Part shown: in pieces, positions 10,379 through 19,892 of the stretch
Layout: the number at the start of each line of letters is the position of its first letter
Position numbering within the stretch: position 1 is the first letter of the stretch
IMG/VR virus record: IMGVR_UViG_2713896908_000007
DNA length: 64,000 nt
From: a virus
Lineage: Duplodnaviria > Heunggongvirae > Uroviricota > Caudoviricetes
Reading direction: 5' to 3' (one strand)
Position numbers and translations under genes: made by a program
The notes under the pieces: model-generated
Seen by the model: only the letters and a program-made list of their open reading frames with translations
Databases searched by the model: none
What the model was told of the DNA's origin: nothing

Positions 10379-11521
10379 TTATCCAAACCAATTTTCTAGA
10401 ACATTTTCAAATTTATGGGTAACTTGCCACCATAAATAGTTCTCTAATACATATTTCTTTCCGTTATTTGCAATTTGTTCTAATTTTTCGGAGTGTAATG
10501 TTTCATATATATCACTAGCTAAACTTTCTGGCAACATTGGTTCATTTATATGAAATCCTGTATGGTTATTTTTTACAAATTCAACCATTCCACCTCGAGT
10601 GCTAACTAAAACGGGTTTTCCTGCCCCCATAGCTTCTATAGCAACCATGCAGAACGGTTCTTGAAACTGAGATGGGATTACAACTAGATCGGCTATAGGA
10701 TAGTAACGGTACATATCATCTGGTTTTACCCCGCCAACAAGATGACAACGCGAACCAATAGTTCCAGCAAGTTCCCTTACTTGTTTTTGATATGCAGCTT
10801 TTTCTCCTTTATCTTTATTATTGTAGTCACCAACAACTACAAGTTCTATATTGTCACATGATTTTATCAATTTTTTAAACGCTTGTAATAGTAAAACAGT
10901 CCCTTTTTCAGGGGAGATCCTTCCCGCATAAAAGATAACTTTTTTCTCAGAGGGAATGCCTAAATCTTGTTTTGTTAGCGGGGGTAGCCCTTTATCTAGA
11001 TTGTGTGGTTCTGTACCATTAGGAACTATACAAATTTCAGCGTCAGGAAGATGTTTTTCATAAAAATCCTTTAAATACTGACTTGGAACAAGCATTTTCA
11101 CATTGCTATCTAGCCCTTTCGGTGTAAAGGCATTATGCATATGCATTATCATTTTTGCGTCAGGAGCTTTCTCTCTAATTTGACGATAAAGTTTCATGCT
11201 GTTATGAACAATAATAATGCTATCGTTTGTGATATTGAAATCTTTAGCAATGTTTAACACTCGTTGTGAATATGGAATAGGATCTATTCTGCTCCATTTT
11301 TGAAATATCCGTTTATAAAGACGGCTAAACCCTATTCTATGGATAGAGCATCGCTCATTAACAATATCTTTTTCTGAGAAACCATCCTCTCGAATGCATG
11401 CTATACGATTTGGTATTCTTGTTCTCTTTGCGACTTGATATATCCAAGTTTCAACAGCTGCTGCGCCACGAGGTGGTATTGAAAATATTGGTGTAACTGT
11501 AAATATTAATTTGTCAATCAT
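10379..11521 (-). CDS. Glycosyltransferase, GT4/GT1-fold (380 aa)
   Basis: EPFCMVAIEAMGAGKPVLVSTRGG motif typical of GT4 enzymes; ATG 11521 with AAGAGGA 9 nt upstream; AT-rich. Confidence 0.85.
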   Translation of the reverse strand: MIDKLIFTVTPIFSIPPRGAAAVETWIYQVAKRTRIPNRIACIREDGFSEKDIVNERCSIHRIGFSRLYKRIFQKWSRIDPIPYSQRVLNIAKDFNITNDSIIIVHNSMKLYRQIREKAPDAKMIMHMHNAFTPKGLDSNVKMLVPSQYLKDFYEKHLPDAEICIVPNGTEPHNLDKGLPPLTKQDLGIPSEKKVIFYAGRISPEKGTVLLLQAFKKLIKSCDNIELVVVGDYNNKDKGEKAAYQKQVRELAGTIGSRCHLVGGVKPDDMYRYYPIADLVVIPSQFQEPFCMVAIEAMGAGKPVLVSTRGGMVEFVKNNHTGFHINEPMLPESLASDIYETLHSEKLEQIANNGKKYVLENYLWWQVTHKFENVLENWFG

Positions 11522-12065
11522 GAGCAACTATCCTCTTATAATCTTTTTCCTTTAAATGTTTTTTTGGGGTTGCGGGAGAGCCCGCATACATTGTATTAGC
11601 AGGAACATCAGTATTTACAACGCTATTTGCAGCTATAACACTATTGTCTCCTATTTTTACACCTGGTAGCACAGTTGTATTTGCCCCAATCCAAACATTA
11701 CGGCCTATTTTTATTGGAGCGCAAATTGTTTCTTTGGGACGTTTGCTTGGTGTTAGTGGATGCGTGACAGTTGTTAATACAACGTTGGGGCCAATGGCAG
11801 AGTTACATCCAATATCTATTGTTTTTGCATCGAGAAAAACACAATTTGCGTTAATGAAGACCTTTTTATCAATAATTATATTGCCATTCTCAAAATAAAA
11901 TGGAGCTGTTATTGTTGAGTCTTCACTTACTTTAACTCCTGTTTTTTTTAATGTGATTAATTTTTTTCTTTTTGAGATCAAGGTATAATTAAATATATGT
12001 CTTGCTTTCTTTGCTTTCTTTTTTTGAAAAATTATATAGAAATAATATGTTAGCAAATCAAACAT
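11514..12065 (-). CDS. Hexapeptide-repeat O-acetyltransferase (WbbJ/LacA-like, 183 aa)
   Basis: Left-handed beta-helix hexapeptide repeats (IGRNVWIGANTTVLPGVKIGDNSVIAANSVV); stop overlaps glycosyltransferase start in ATGATTGA. Confidence 0.8.
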   Translation of the reverse strand: MFDLLTYYFYIIFQKKKAKKARHIFNYTLISKRKKLITLKKTGVKVSEDSTITAPFYFENGNIIIDKKVFINANCVFLDAKTIDIGCNSAIGPNVVLTTVTHPLTPSKRPKETICAPIKIGRNVWIGANTTVLPGVKIGDNSVIAANSVVNTDVPANTMYAGSPATPKKHLKEKDYKRIVAHD

Positions 12066-12089
12066 TGTTGTTTTACTTCCATTTAAAAT

Positions 12090-12356
12090 TTAACTATCAA
12101 ATGTGGCTCCTATTTCTCGCATTTTGTTAAGTATGATGTTTATTTCATTGCTACCGAGAGAAGTTTGGGCAGCTATGAAAAAAAGTATGTGCAATGACAT
12201 AGATCTGTTATTTTCTTTGTTTATATATTTTCTCCACTGGCTATCGCTGCTGACCCCGGCTAGTTCTGCCATTTGATTCCCTGTATACCCAAGCGTTTCT
12301 TTGAATTGACGCAAATCTTGTGATTTGGGGGGGGTGTAGTTGTTTATTAACCTCAT
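12090..12356 (-). CDS. Small HTH-like protein (88 aa from ATG 12356; track ORF extends to TTG 12419)
   Basis: Segment LGYTGNQMAELAGVSSDSQWRKY resembles an XRE-type helix-turn-helix; AT-rich; start uncertain. Confidence 0.35.
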   Translation of the reverse strand: MRLINNYTPPKSQDLRQFKETLGYTGNQMAELAGVSSDSQWRKYINKENNRSMSLHILFFIAAQTSLGSNEINIILNKMREIGATFDS

Positions 12357-12494
12357 ATTAAACCCATTATTGGTAAGCTTTCGTTGGTGTAATGGTAGCA
12401 CCAATGGGGCTGCTGTCAAGCGTCTTTTCTTTATAAATATAGGGAGCCATCAAAATCTGACATTAATTATCTATCGAAATATTTTGAATGACTG

Positions 12495-12520
12495 GTGAGA
12501 AGTTACTTTGCATACCATTA
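12495..12520 (+). promoter_or_regulatory. Candidate late-promoter motif (GAGAAGTTACTTTGCATACCATTACC) upstream of lydA
   Basis: Recurrent AGTTACTTTGCAT-type motif, also upstream of lyz. Confidence 0.35.
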
Positions 12521-12546
12521 CCTCCTGACAACGTAGGAGGGAACTT

Positions 12547-12876
12547 GTGCTTGACACACAGGAATTAGCTCCAGTTGCTATTGCGCTCCTGCTTTCAGTA
12601 ATTGGTGGGATAGGCACGTTCCTGATGGATGTCCGAGACGGTCGCCAGTCTGGCAATTTGTTGGGATTGGTTACGGAGATCTTTGTTGCAGTGACAGCTG
12701 GCGCGGTGGCGTACCTATTGGGGCAACACGAGGGCTGGGAGTTATCAATTACGTACTTAATGGTAACGATAGCCAGCAATAACGGTCATGAGGTGATTTC
12801 AGGGATGAAACGAGTGAATATCGATAGCATTCTGAATGTTCTTACAAGTTTGGTGAAAAAGGGAGGCGGGAAATGA
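12547..12876 (+). CDS. lydA: Holin LydA-like (109 aa, GTG start)
   Basis: AGGAGG 6 nt upstream of GTG 12547; hydrophobic helices (VAIALLLSVIGGIGTFLM, IFVAVTAGAVAYLLG); heads the lydAB-darA operon. Confidence 0.7.
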   Translation: MLDTQELAPVAIALLLSVIGGIGTFLMDVRDGRQSGNLLGLVTEIFVAVTAGAVAYLLGQHEGWELSITYLMVTIASNNGHEVISGMKRVNIDSILNVLTSLVKKGGGK

Positions 12877-13316
12877 TTGGCTGGGGTGTATGCGCTCTTG
12901 CGGCAGCCTTAGCTGATCGCTATTTGCTAAAACGCAAGGACATCACGAATTTAGAGCTTGGTGATGTGGAAATTAAACCGGGATTTATCCGGGTGCCGTT
13001 CAAATATCGGTCTAAATTCCCGTTTTTGCGCGGTGCAACGGTCAGATATTGGCTCCGTGATGTTCAGAAGCCGACGACAGTGATTGAAGGCGAACAACGT
13101 TGCCTGACGTCGGCTGAACAGGGCGAAAACAGTGAATGGTTGTACATACCCACTGAATATATGGGTAAAGGAGAACGACTGTGGCATTTCAACGTCATGG
13201 TTACGCACGGCGACTCGTTCATTAACCCGTTGTATCGGATTTTCCCTGTTACTCAGCAAATCCGCAGAAGTTACGTAATAAATCTCGCACAGGATGTGTC
13301 AGATGACGAAAAATAA
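12873..13316 (+). CDS. lydB: LydB-like holin antagonist (147 aa)
   Basis: ATGA overlap with lydA stop; position between lydA and hdf/darA. Confidence 0.6.
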   Translation: MIGWGVCALAAALADRYLLKRKDITNLELGDVEIKPGFIRVPFKYRSKFPFLRGATVRYWLRDVQKPTTVIEGEQRCLTSAEQGENSEWLYIPTEYMGKGERLWHFNVMVTHGDSFINPLYRIFPVTQQIRRSYVINLAQDVSDDEK

Positions 13317-13905
13317 GTATGCAACGGTCGATTTTGACCAGGTTAATGAAAAGGGGCTTAAATCCCTTATCACGGCGATCAATAAAACCGGTGTTACGGT
13401 AATTGAGGTTGACTCCAGCAACCGCGCAACTACGAAAGATGGCGTTAAAGTTAAAACCGCAAAGTTGGTTCTTAACGACGGACAAATTCTTGCTATACAG
13501 GTAAATGATACTGGCGATATATCGTCTGTGAAACTGAATGGAAAAGCTATTCCTAATGCTCAATCGCCAGATATCAAGACGCTTGGTACCGTCATGGGGC
13601 AAGCGGCCCACAAAAACGCTGCAAAATTCCAGAAATCACTGATCGCCAAAGCTAAACGTGTTGCCAATCCGGTAGACAAGAAACCGGCAGTTAAATCCAA
13701 CTTTCAGCGCCTGCAAGAGGCAAAACAGCGGAATGCTCAGGTGGTTGCCGCTTATAAATCCGCGCAGAACTCGGTGTCTTTCAATCAACAGCAGATCACT
13801 GATTTGCGGGCGAAGCTGGATAAGGAGACAGGTCGACTCAATAACGAAAAGGCCAGGAATGGCGAACTCAAACGCCGTCTTAAGCAACTGAAAGCAGGAA
13901 ATTAA
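13303..13905 (+). CDS. hdf: Hdf-like protein (homologue of a DarA fragment, 200 aa)
   Basis: ATG 13303 with AGGA 8 nt upstream; DGQILAIQVN and KNAAKFQK segments parallel DGQTISILFH and KNSAKFQR of the adjacent DarA-like protein. Confidence 0.7.
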   Translation: MTKNKYATVDFDQVNEKGLKSLITAINKTGVTVIEVDSSNRATTKDGVKVKTAKLVLNDGQILAIQVNDTGDISSVKLNGKAIPNAQSPDIKTLGTVMGQAAHKNAAKFQKSLIAKAKRVANPVDKKPAVKSNFQRLQEAKQRNAQVVAAYKSAQNSVSFNQQQITDLRAKLDKETGRLNNEKARNGELKRRLKQLKAGN

Positions 13906-13906
13906 C

Positions 13907-15826
13907 ATGGAACAGTTCAATATCAATAAAGGGGTGACGATCAAACCTGGGCTTGACGTGCTTCCCCCGCCAGTGACTGATGATGAATATCGCGCATTAA
14001 TGGCCGGTGAGGACCGCTATCTGATGACGGAATCCAACACCCTGGAGGAAATCGAGGCTACGTTCTTCTATGACAAGCCGATCCACTGGTGTGCTACGGA
14101 TTTACTGGAGGCGATTAGTTCTACTCGTTTGCAGTTACACCGGACCATGCAGGCATTTGTCCGGGCATTGAACCAGAAGCTGAATGGTACCGGAATCTCT
14201 GCGGGGAGTGATAAAACGGGGGATGTGGCCCAGAGCGGCGCGCGCGCGATCGGCGGCGCTGAAATTGGTCGGGCACGTAACGTTAACGGGCTGCCGGTCC
14301 TGCCAGCCATTATTCCGCTCAGTGATGGTCAGACTATCAGCATTTTGTTTCATAGCCCGACAGCGGAAAACCGGATCACCAATAGCGATACGCTGGTTGC
14401 TTTCCAGTTCTTACTGAATAAAAAAGACGTTACTCACACCGTTGCTCCGATGAGTGGACGTGATATGACGCTGGCGCAGGTCACCATGAAACTTGCCAAC
14501 CTTGCAGAGAAAAACTCGGCAAAATTCCAGCGTGCGCAGAAGAAGAAAAAAGCCCTGGTTGATGAAATAACCCAACTACAGGCTGACAGTGACCAGAAAG
14601 AGGATGCCATGAGCGACCTCGCGGATCAGGTGGCAGCGGTAGAAGGCCAGAAGGCAGATCTGGAGCAGAAAATTAACGCGGTTGCTTCGGAAGCGGATTC
14701 TCTTTATCAAGAAAATGAGCGTTTGCAGGCGGAGATTGAGCAGCTCAATCGCACTGGTGGGCGCGATACCATTGCTCCAACGGGGATGACTGGTGGGCAC
14801 TCTCGCGCGCTGACGGATCGCCTTGCCAGTATCAAAAATCGTATGCATATGGACGGGGAAGCGACGCTCAGTAATGGTGCATCAATGAAGCAATTCATTG
14901 GGGACGGCAAAGGGTATGTCCAGTTAACCGATCCGGATGGCAGCGTGTACATGATCAAGGCTAAATCCATACAGGGTGTGGACATGGCAGATGCGATCGG
15001 CAAGCTGTTTAAAGCCTATAAAGCGGGTAACGTATCGGAATATCTGGTCCAACCAGAAGAGCCTAAACCGGAAAACGTCGAACCTGAACCAGCGGAAGAT
15101 ACCGGTAGCTCTTCGCCTGAACCAGAAGTCTCTGTAGGTGCATATCGATATGCCCTGCAAATGCGTCCGGCGGCCCCAGGCGCGATACCTGAAGGTAACA
15201 AAGCAATTCTGCCGTGCCCTGATGAAGGTGACCCGTATTATGAATATGCGCGCTACGGCATTGTTACTTACGATACCCCGCTTTCTGATCAGCAAATGAG
15301 TGAGTACGACCTGAAGTTATTGCCTCGCGAGGATTCTTTCGACTTCCTGGCGAAGACACTTACTAATGGTCCGTTTGGCAAATATGCACAAAAAGCTCTG
15401 GAGCTGGCCACCAGCTCACCAGACGAGTTCCGCGTAATGCTGAAAACTCAGTTTCAAAAAACTTTCCCCAATATTGCGTTTCCGGGGGGCGCAGGCACCG
15501 AGAAAATGGTGCAGAGCATGATCAATGCATTGCAGGCCGAAGTCGGTGAGATTACTCAACCAGAATCGGCCCCGGAACAGCATGATGAAAAGGTTAGCGA
15601 AGCAGATGCAGAGGCTAATAAAGCCATTGAATATCTCAATAACGTGATGGATATGCAAAGCACTGACATGGCGGAGATCCGCAACGCCAGGGGCAATGTC
15701 AGGGAAGCGATTGCTGCCCTTCAGGCTGCCGGACGTTTTGATGAAAACGAAGAGCTGGTTAACGGCGCAGCTCGCCACCTGGCTGATCTGCTGGTAGCAA
15801 TCCAGAAAGCGGGAGGAGCGGCATGA
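13907..15826 (+). CDS. darA: DarA-like antirestriction/capsid-internal protein (639 aa)
   Basis: Large ORF after hdf in the lydAB operon; internal coiled-coil; synteny with P1 darA operon. Confidence 0.75.
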   Translation: MEQFNINKGVTIKPGLDVLPPPVTDDEYRALMAGEDRYLMTESNTLEEIEATFFYDKPIHWCATDLLEAISSTRLQLHRTMQAFVRALNQKLNGTGISAGSDKTGDVAQSGARAIGGAEIGRARNVNGLPVLPAIIPLSDGQTISILFHSPTAENRITNSDTLVAFQFLLNKKDVTHTVAPMSGRDMTLAQVTMKLANLAEKNSAKFQRAQKKKKALVDEITQLQADSDQKEDAMSDLADQVAAVEGQKADLEQKINAVASEADSLYQENERLQAEIEQLNRTGGRDTIAPTGMTGGHSRALTDRLASIKNRMHMDGEATLSNGASMKQFIGDGKGYVQLTDPDGSVYMIKAKSIQGVDMADAIGKLFKAYKAGNVSEYLVQPEEPKPENVEPEPAEDTGSSSPEPEVSVGAYRYALQMRPAAPGAIPEGNKAILPCPDEGDPYYEYARYGIVTYDTPLSDQQMSEYDLKLLPREDSFDFLAKTLTNGPFGKYAQKALELATSSPDEFRVMLKTQFQKTFPNIAFPGGAGTEKMVQSMINALQAEVGEITQPESAPEQHDEKVSEADAEANKAIEYLNNVMDMQSTDMAEIRNARGNVREAIAALQAAGRFDENEELVNGAARHLADLLVAIQKAGGAA

Positions 15827-16209
15827 CACTATCAGCTATTGAGTTAATGGACCTCAGCGATAAGTTGGATGCTCTGATGTCCAAAGCTGCTACCGCGAGT
15901 GGCATGGAGTTGCTGGATATCAGCGATGAAATTGACCAGATCATGCAACAGATGGGGTACGGCGCGTCCGGCGGCGGTAGTGGCGAGGAAAAACAACCTT
16001 CAGTACATGATGGTGTGCCAAAACTGGTTGCTGATTTCCTGGCTGATAAATTCGTCGATCAGAGCACCGATGCATTTATCGGCACCTTGCAGGACTTGAG
16101 TCAATATGTTGGCACATACATCGACCTGGACCAGGTTAAACAGCACACGGCGGCATGGATAGCCGCCAACATTAAAGAGGCTTCAGGTGTTCGCAGCAAC
16201 TCTACATGA
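15823..16209 (+). CDS. ddrA: DdrA-like protein (128 aa)
   Basis: ATGA overlap with darA stop; followed by an intrinsic terminator. Confidence 0.6.
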   Translation: MTLSAIELMDLSDKLDALMSKAATASGMELLDISDEIDQIMQQMGYGASGGGSGEEKQPSVHDGVPKLVADFLADKFVDQSTDAFIGTLQDLSQYVGTYIDLDQVKQHTAAWIAANIKEASGVRSNST

Positions 16210-16270
16210 GCTGTAGTTTTCGAAGATTCTCACAAGTTCATTTCGCGTAGGTATTTATTTAACCATTAAA

Positions 16271-16308
16271 GCCGAATGCGGCGGGCACACCACATTCGGC
16301 AATTTTTT
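16271..16308 (+). terminator. Rho-independent terminator (GCCGAATG..CATTCGGC + TTTTTT)
   Basis: 8-bp stem 16271..16300 followed by AATTTTTT; between convergent ddrA and gldA. Confidence 0.7.
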
Positions 16309-16342
16309 GAAAACTATCAATGAATTAAATAATCAGAGGGGC

Positions 16343-17446
16343 TTATTCCCACTCTTGCAGGAAACGCTGACCGTACTGGTCGGCTACCAGCAGTGCAGCA
16401 TAAACCTGATCTGGCGTTGCGCCGCCAGGCATGTTGTGGATGGTTTCACCTTCTGCACATGCCGCTTCTGCGACAATCCGCATTTTCGCCGGGATATCTT
16501 CTTTAATATCCAGTTGTGCCAGGGTAATTGGCAGGCCGACAGCATGGCACAGCGCAGCTACGGTTTCGATTTCTTCAACTGGTGCGTTTTCCAGAACCAG
16601 TTGCGTCAGCGTACCGAATGCCACTTTCTCACCGTGATAATAGTGATGCGCATCCGGAATGGCCGTCAGGCCATTGTGCACCGCGTGCGCCGCCGCCAGG
16701 CCGCCGCTTTCAAAGCCCACGCCGCTCAAATAGGTGTTAGCTTCAATCACACGTTCCAGCGCCGGAGTCACCACATGCTGTTCAGCGGCAAGCATCGCTT
16801 TTTCGCCTTCTTCCAGCAGGGTGTTGTAGCACAGTTCAGCCAGAGCCAGTGCTGCCTGAGTACATTTACCGCCCGCCATCGTGGTTGCGCCGCTGCGGGA
16901 ACAGGCACGTGCTTCAAACCAGGTTGCCAACGCATCGCCAATACCCGCCGCTAACAGACGTGCAGGTGCGCCAGCAACAATTTTGGTATCCACAATGACG
17001 CGTTCCGGGTTGTTTGGCAGCATCAGATAACGTTCAAACTCACCATCATCGGTGTAGATAACGGAAAGGGCGCTGCAAGGTGCGTCGGTTGAGGCAATGG
17101 TTGGGGCAACTGCAACAGGAACGCCCATAAAGTGTGCCAGTGCTTTGGCTGTATCGAGGGTTTTACCTCCGCCGATTCCCAGAATTGCGCTACACTGAGC
17201 ATTCTCTGCAATACCCCGCAGACGATCGATTTCATTTTGCGAACATTCACCGCCGAACGGGGCAATTTCTACCTCTATTCCAGCATCTTTAAAACTTTTC
17301 TCAATATTAGTTTGAGCAAAACCTAACACAAATTTGTCACCTACCACCAACCAATGTTCTGCCAGCGGTTTCAGGTATTCACCCAGGCGATTAATGACAT
17401 CTGCGCCTTGGATGTATTTACCCGGTGATTGAATGATGCGGTCCAT
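16343..17446 (-). CDS. gldA: Glycerol dehydrogenase (GldA/DhaD family, 367 aa)
   Basis: Full-length iron-containing alcohol dehydrogenase fold; N-terminus [30 protein letters not shown] and [14 protein letters not shown] motif; AAGGAG 5 nt upstream of ATG. Confidence 0.9.
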   Translation of the reverse strand: MDRIIQSPGKYIQGADVINRLGEYLKPLAEHWLVVGDKFVLGFAQTNIEKSFKDAGIEVEIAPFGGECSQNEIDRLRGIAENAQCSAILGIGGGKTLDTAKALAHFMGVPVAVAPTIASTDAPCSALSVIYTDDGEFERYLMLPNNPERVIVDTKIVAGAPARLLAAGIGDALATWFEARACSRSGATTMAGGKCTQAALALAELCYNTLLEEGEKAMLAAEQHVVTPALERVIEANTYLSGVGFESGGLAAAHAVHNGLTAIPDAHHYYHGEKVAFGTLTQLVLENAPVEEIETVAALCHAVGLPITLAQLDIKEDIPAKMRIVAEAACAEGETIHNMPGGATPDQVYAALLVADQYGQRFLQEWE

Positions 17447-17517
17447 AATTGCTCCTTTAGAGATGAGTTATGCTAAATGTTTTGTTATTCCCGGATGACC
17501 TTCTGTATATATCTTAA

Positions 17518-17536
17518 GTCAACATTATAAGTTGAC
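17518..17536. promoter_or_regulatory. Inverted repeat GTCAAC-N7-GTTGAC in gldA upstream region
   Basis: Perfect 6-bp arms in the divergent intergenic region between gldA and the 562-aa gene. Confidence 0.3.
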
Positions 17537-17749
17537 GCCAATATTCCGTAGAAGAGATGTTACTTCGCGAGCAGTATGACTCCATAGGTTTCTGAGACGT
17601 TACTTTGCATATGATATTGCTGAGGCAAATACATTCAATGCCGCATTTTTGTGAGATTTTAAGCCAATCTACATCACCATTAGGTAAGAGTATCTTTTTT
17701 TGGTGGTGATGGCGCAATGTATCAGTGGACAGCATAAGGTGTAACAGGG

Positions 17750-19438
17750 ATGTGTTTGAACGATCATACAGTTATGGCCACCAGCAGCGGCTACATCGGT
17801 GTGGCACCGTATACCCGCTTGCTATTACATCAGGCATCCGGCATCAAAGATATTATTCACCTGATCAGGCTGCTTTCCCGTACAGATCCCCAGGATGAAC
17901 AGCTTGTTCAAGTGCTTGCGCATTTTGTCCGAATGCCTGTTGCCGACGTGAAAAAATGGTGCCGATTATTCGGTATCAGCAATTCGTTACTTCGCGGATT
18001 GTTAAATCACGCATCCTCCCTTGGGCGCGACGGATTTGATGAGATAGCGCAGGCGATAAAAAACGGAGATATGCCACCAGCTATTGACTGGTTTTCCATT
18101 CGCCCAACCAGGGTGAAAGCATTCCTTAGTGCGGCGCAATCAGCATCACCATTGGCAGAAATGGTTCAGAGGTTGTCGCTCATATTCACAGATCATACCG
18201 CGTTCGGTGATCTGGCTCTGGACGAGATGAAAGAAGCCTCCATTCAGTGGGCCGCTCAACAAAATGAGGTTAACTCAGACTTCTTGCCAGCATTCAGGAA
18301 GGCCGTTAGTAAAGCGGATGATGCCCGTGGAATTCTGAAGGCATTTAAGGCATTGCAAAGTCGGGTTAATAAACATGTCGGTGATATCGATGGGGTAACG
18401 GCGGAAGGCAGGGATATCCTTAAAGAGCACGGCATAACGCCAGAGTTTATTGATGAGATCAGGACGGATATGCAGCGTGAGGTCGTATCGTCCCTGCAAA
18501 TTGTAGCCAGAGCGTTGGCGGATGCTAATCCGAAGAGTGCGGCCATTGTTAACCGGGTTATTGGTGATATTGAAGCATCGGAGGGCATGGGGGCGCTGAA
18601 ACTCTTCCTTTCGCGAGCGTTTAATCCTAACGGCAATATTCTCCCTGGCATTATTGGTGAGGCTAAAAGGTATGTCAGTGAAGAAGAACTTGAGCAGCTT
18701 GACCAACTACTTAAGCGATTCTCATATAACCCGCAGACACGCTGGCAAATGAATCAGCGAAGTATGGGTTCGGTCCACGAGAAAGTGTTATCTGCCATGA
18801 ACAGTGCGATCGCAAACTCATCCGTATCTGAAGAAAAAGCTCTTGAGTGGGCCGACTCTTTTATCACGGAAGAAGTGGAAGAAGCCCGCGCTGGACAGAA
18901 TGGTGGGATAGACCTGCGCAAGGAACTTGCTGATATTTATCGCCTGACCGGCGGTAAAATTTCGACCCTATCAAAGATAATTCACCACCAGGGAAGGGCA
19001 TATGCAAATCTTAATGGTATTGTTGCTGTCAATTTGAACGATGAAAATGCAAGCGCACTGTGGCACGAGCTTGGTCATCATCTTGAGTACAGTAACCCTG
19101 GTCTGTTAGAGAAAGCCAGGTCATTCCTGAAGGCCAATGTTGAAGGGGATAAGCCATCTTTCGTTAATATCGGTGGGCGTGGTAAACCTGAATGGTGCTT
19201 CAGATCTCGATTGAGTAATATTTATATGGCGAAGGTATACCCGCCAGCCTCAGTGAGTAACTCCGGGAAAATTCGGCAGAAAGCACCGACTATTTCCAAA
19301 ACGTCAGCAACGGAAGTATTCTCTATGGCTCTTCAGTTGTATCATGACAAAGAGGCCGCTGCCGCATCACTGATGAATGGTGACGGATTGCTGGAACTGT
19401 TATTAGGTGTGGCAAAGGAGCTAAATAATGCAGATTAA
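17750..19438 (+). CDS. Hypothetical protein with C-terminal zincin-like HExxH motif (562 aa)
   Basis: WHELGHHLEY motif near residue 440; AAGGTG 8 nt upstream of ATG; no other recognised domain. Confidence 0.7.
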   Translation: MCLNDHTVMATSSGYIGVAPYTRLLLHQASGIKDIIHLIRLLSRTDPQDEQLVQVLAHFVRMPVADVKKWCRLFGISNSLLRGLLNHASSLGRDGFDEIAQAIKNGDMPPAIDWFSIRPTRVKAFLSAAQSASPLAEMVQRLSLIFTDHTAFGDLALDEMKEASIQWAAQQNEVNSDFLPAFRKAVSKADDARGILKAFKALQSRVNKHVGDIDGVTAEGRDILKEHGITPEFIDEIRTDMQREVVSSLQIVARALADANPKSAAIVNRVIGDIEASEGMGALKLFLSRAFNPNGNILPGIIGEAKRYVSEEELEQLDQLLKRFSYNPQTRWQMNQRSMGSVHEKVLSAMNSAIANSSVSEEKALEWADSFITEEVEEARAGQNGGIDLRKELADIYRLTGGKISTLSKIIHHQGRAYANLNGIVAVNLNDENASALWHELGHHLEYSNPGLLEKARSFLKANVEGDKPSFVNIGGRGKPEWCFRSRLSNIYMAKVYPPASVSNSGKIRQKAPTISKTSATEVFSMALQLYHDKEAAAASLMNGDGLLELLLGVAKELNNAD

Positions 19439-19733
19439 AATCGCAGCGCCATTAGGCGGAGATGCAATTATCGAATTTGATGATAATGAAGAAGTTTCCG
19501 GGCGTTTAAGCATTATCTCCGGTGACATTACCGAGGACATGATCGCTGAAGCCATAGCTGGAGCAAATCCCAATAGCTATATGGGATTCGTTAACTCCCT
19601 TGATGCTCCCGCAAGCGATGTTCTCCGAACGCTGCATCTTTACGCTGGCTGGTTTGTTGATTGGCCAGCAGTAGAGGGTGGCGATGAGGACGACGATGAT
19701 TTCGGTGATAATATTAATCAGATTATATTTTAA
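19428..19733 (+). CDS. Small acidic protein (101 aa), translationally coupled to upstream gene
   Basis: ATG 19428 with AAGGAG 7 nt upstream, overlapping upstream stop by 11 nt; acidic C-terminus EGGDEDDDDFGDN. Confidence 0.6.
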   Translation: MQIKIAAPLGGDAIIEFDDNEEVSGRLSIISGDITEDMIAEAIAGANPNSYMGFVNSLDAPASDVLRTLHLYAGWFVDWPAVEGGDEDDDDFGDNINQIIF

Positions 19734-19892
19734 CCCATATGAGATATAATCGTTCTAATGGCATAAAGTTAGATTGTTCTTATATTCGACTTTGTGCCAT
19801 CATTAGGACTAATCATTTAGGGGTTCTTTTAGGTAGAAATTTAGCAATACATGTTTAGTATGGCAATATTTTCTAAAGGAGTTAGGTAAAAA

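Noticed and set aside
10325-12480. Search for cin invertase and crossover sites expected after the fibre chaperone gene in a P1-type phage
   Set aside because: No serine-recombinase ORF and no inverted duplicate of the fibre 3' end or U gene was found; the inversion system appears absent, not hidden.
17503-17520. LexA-box-like CTGTATATATCTTAAG
   Set aside because: Only the CTGT half-site is present; the 3' half is TAAG, not ACAG.
19734-19892. Possible terminator hairpin after the 101-aa gene (TGGCATAAAG..CTTTGTGCCA)
   Set aside because: Imperfect stem with a 24-nt loop and no U-run; more likely just the AT-rich promoter region of the next gene.
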